64,000 nucleotides of DNA, taken from the NCBI GenBank assembly GCA_010093815.1, contig ML996586.1. One strand, 5' to 3'. Positions 61,970 to 64,000 of the stretch are shown here, one piece after another. The DNA is from Pseudovirgaria hyperparasitica (Eukaryota). The position numbers and the translations under genes are program-made. How positions within the stretch are numbered: the stretch's first letter is position 1; every line of letters begins with the position of its first letter. The notes under the pieces were generated by a model. The model worked only from the letters and a program-made list of their open reading frames with translations, was not told where the DNA came from and searched no databases.

Positions 61970-64000
61970 ATGGAGACTGACGCCAGCAAATATTTACAGT
62001 CTAACGACACTCGCAGCTTGCTCGATGTGGTAGACAAGCTTCGATCACAAGGTATCAGCAAGTATGTAGACTTGCCAGAAATCGTTGTCTGCGGTGAACA
62101 GTCGGCTGGCAAAAGTTCAGTCCTCGAAGCGTTGTCAGGCATGACATTCCCCAGCAAGGACAATCTCTGCACTCGATTCGCAACTGAGCTCATACTTCGA
62201 AGAGCCCTGGATGAGAGCACTGATATCAGTATTGTTCCAGGTGTAGACCCAGAACGCTGTCAGGCGCAGACAGATATGCTACATGCGTTCAAAGTTTCTG
62301 ACTCGGACGGGCCACTCGACTTGGGTGATGTCATTGAGCGGGCTAAAGAGTGCATGGGTATCACTGAGTTCGGGAAGGTTTTCAGCTCAGATATTCTGCG
62401 CATCGAGTTATCTGGTCCGCATCAGCCACACCTGACTCTGGTCGATCTTCCAGGCCTCTTTCAGGCAGGTAGCACTACGCAGTCTGATGAAGATTGTGAG
62501 ATTGTCAAGACGATGGTACGAAAGTATATGCAAAGCCCGAGGAGCATAATCTTGGCCGTTGTGTCAGCTAAGAACGATTTCAACAACCAGATCATCACCA
62601 GGTACGCCCGCGAGATCGATCCCCAGGGAGAGCGTACTCTCGGGCTCATCACGAAGCCTGACACACTACACGCCGGTTCTGACAGCGAGCGCTTTTATGT
62701 GGACCTTGCACAGAACAAGGACGTCAATTTCAGACTAGGATGGCATCTGCTCCGAAACCGCGACTATCCCGCACGTAACACATCCCTGGAAGAGCGCAAT
62801 AAAGTCGAGGAAGACTTTTTCTCGAAAGGGATTTGGACTTCTCTCCGACCAACACAGCTTGGAGTGGCTGCCTTGAAGCCGCGGCTAAGTAAAGTCTTGA
62901 GGGATCAGATCTTGCTACAGTTGCCTCATGTATTGTCCCAAATTGAGGAAGGTATTACAGATTGTACAGGACGACTTGACCGTCTTGGGGCATCGCGGGC
63001 TACGCTTTCCCAGCAGCGACGTCACCTTTTGCAGGCCAGCGAGCAATTTACCGCCCTGGTACAAAATGCTATCGACGGTTCATATTCCAACCCATTCTTC
63101 GGAAAAGCATCCACCACATCAGGCAGACAGAAGCGACTGAGAGCAGTTGTACAGAATACCTTGGCCGAGTTCGAGCACTCTATGCGTGTTGACGGTCATG
63201 CGCTCGAAATCGTGGAAGTCAAAGATGTAAAGCAAAAGAAGCAGATATCTCGCCAGTCTTACATTAAGAACGTCAAGGAGCTCCTGCAACACAGCCGAGG
63301 TCGTGAGTTGGCTGGACTGTTTGACCCTTTGATCGTTGGTGAACTCTTCGGTGACCAATGCCAGCCCTGGAACAACATTGTGGACACATACGTGGACAAG
63401 ATTGTTGATGCCGCTTATTATCTCGTTCAGACGGCTCTGAGTCACGTTTGTGACCAACCGACCGCGGAAGGAATTCTTAATCATATTGTGTACTCAAGCA
63501 TGGAGAATTTTAAGGCTGAGTTGCACGAGAAGGTCACAGAAATCATGAGACCTCATTACGAGGGTCATCCTATCACCTTCAACCACTATCTCACAGATAA
63601 TGTCCAGAAAGCTCAAGCTGAGCGTCGTAGGAAAGAACTTGAGAAGTCTATTTCGGGATTCTTTGGGGACGAGTTTGACAGTGGAGACATGAACAGAGTT
63701 TCGTTCAATATGAGTTCGCTTCTGAACCTGCTGAACAAGCAGACTGAGACTGATATGAACAATTATGCTAGCTCTACCGCCACTGACTTCATGCAAGCGT
63801 ATTATAAAGTGGGTCTCGATTCGGAACATTTATACTCAACAACGTTAACAAACTCCTCAGGTTGCATTGAAGAAGGTTGTTGACGACATCAGTGTCTTGG
63901 CAATTGAGGCATGTCTTGTTCAAAGACTGCCCGAGCTTTTTGCCCCAGCTACGGTTTTTGACATTGACGATACTACAGTCAGAACTATTGCATCTGAAAA
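61970..64000 (+). CDS. Mx-like dynamin-family GTPase (3' end beyond window)
   Basis: LPEIVVCGEQSAGKSSVLEA (G1), CTRFATE (G2), LVDLPG (G3), ITKPD (G4), RGREL; intron 63809-63860 leads into GED-like VALKKVVDDISVLAIE. Confidence 0.9.

Overview
Intron-containing filamentous ascomycete (fungal) genomic DNA. The core is a ~33 kb iron-regulated siderophore gene cluster (9699-42870). It contains a ~4730-aa ferrichrome-family NRPS (A-T-C-A-T-C-A-T-C-T-C-T-C) whose third A domain resembles the large-pocket SidN type, a SidI-like acyl-CoA ligase and a SidF-like hydroxyornithine acyltransferase (both with C-terminal PTS1-like tails), an ABCB exporter, an AIF/AMID-like flavoprotein, a Mir/Sit-type MFS importer and an intact SidA-fold flavoprotein that has lost the usual ornithine- and NADPH-binding motifs. 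Nine perfect ATCWGATAA (SreA-type) boxes lie in the cluster promoters, and no SidH-type hydratase is present in the window. Left flank: partial NB-ARC/TPR NLR, stand-alone FluG-type glutamine synthetase-like gene, an APH/AIM9-like gene with a premature stop beside an AT-rich RIP-like relic, HsbA-like and DUF2237-like genes. Right flank: a spliced 144-aa secreted 10-Cys protein missed by the ORF track, a repeat-rich island (8-, 7-, ~55- and ~97-bp tandem repeats, the last with internal hairpins), a divergent DHWC palmitoyltransferase-like gene, housekeeping genes (RanBP9/10-like, Ies4-like, Tfb6-like) and a partial Mx-like dynamin. All calls come from manual reading and recalled family motifs; no database searches were run.
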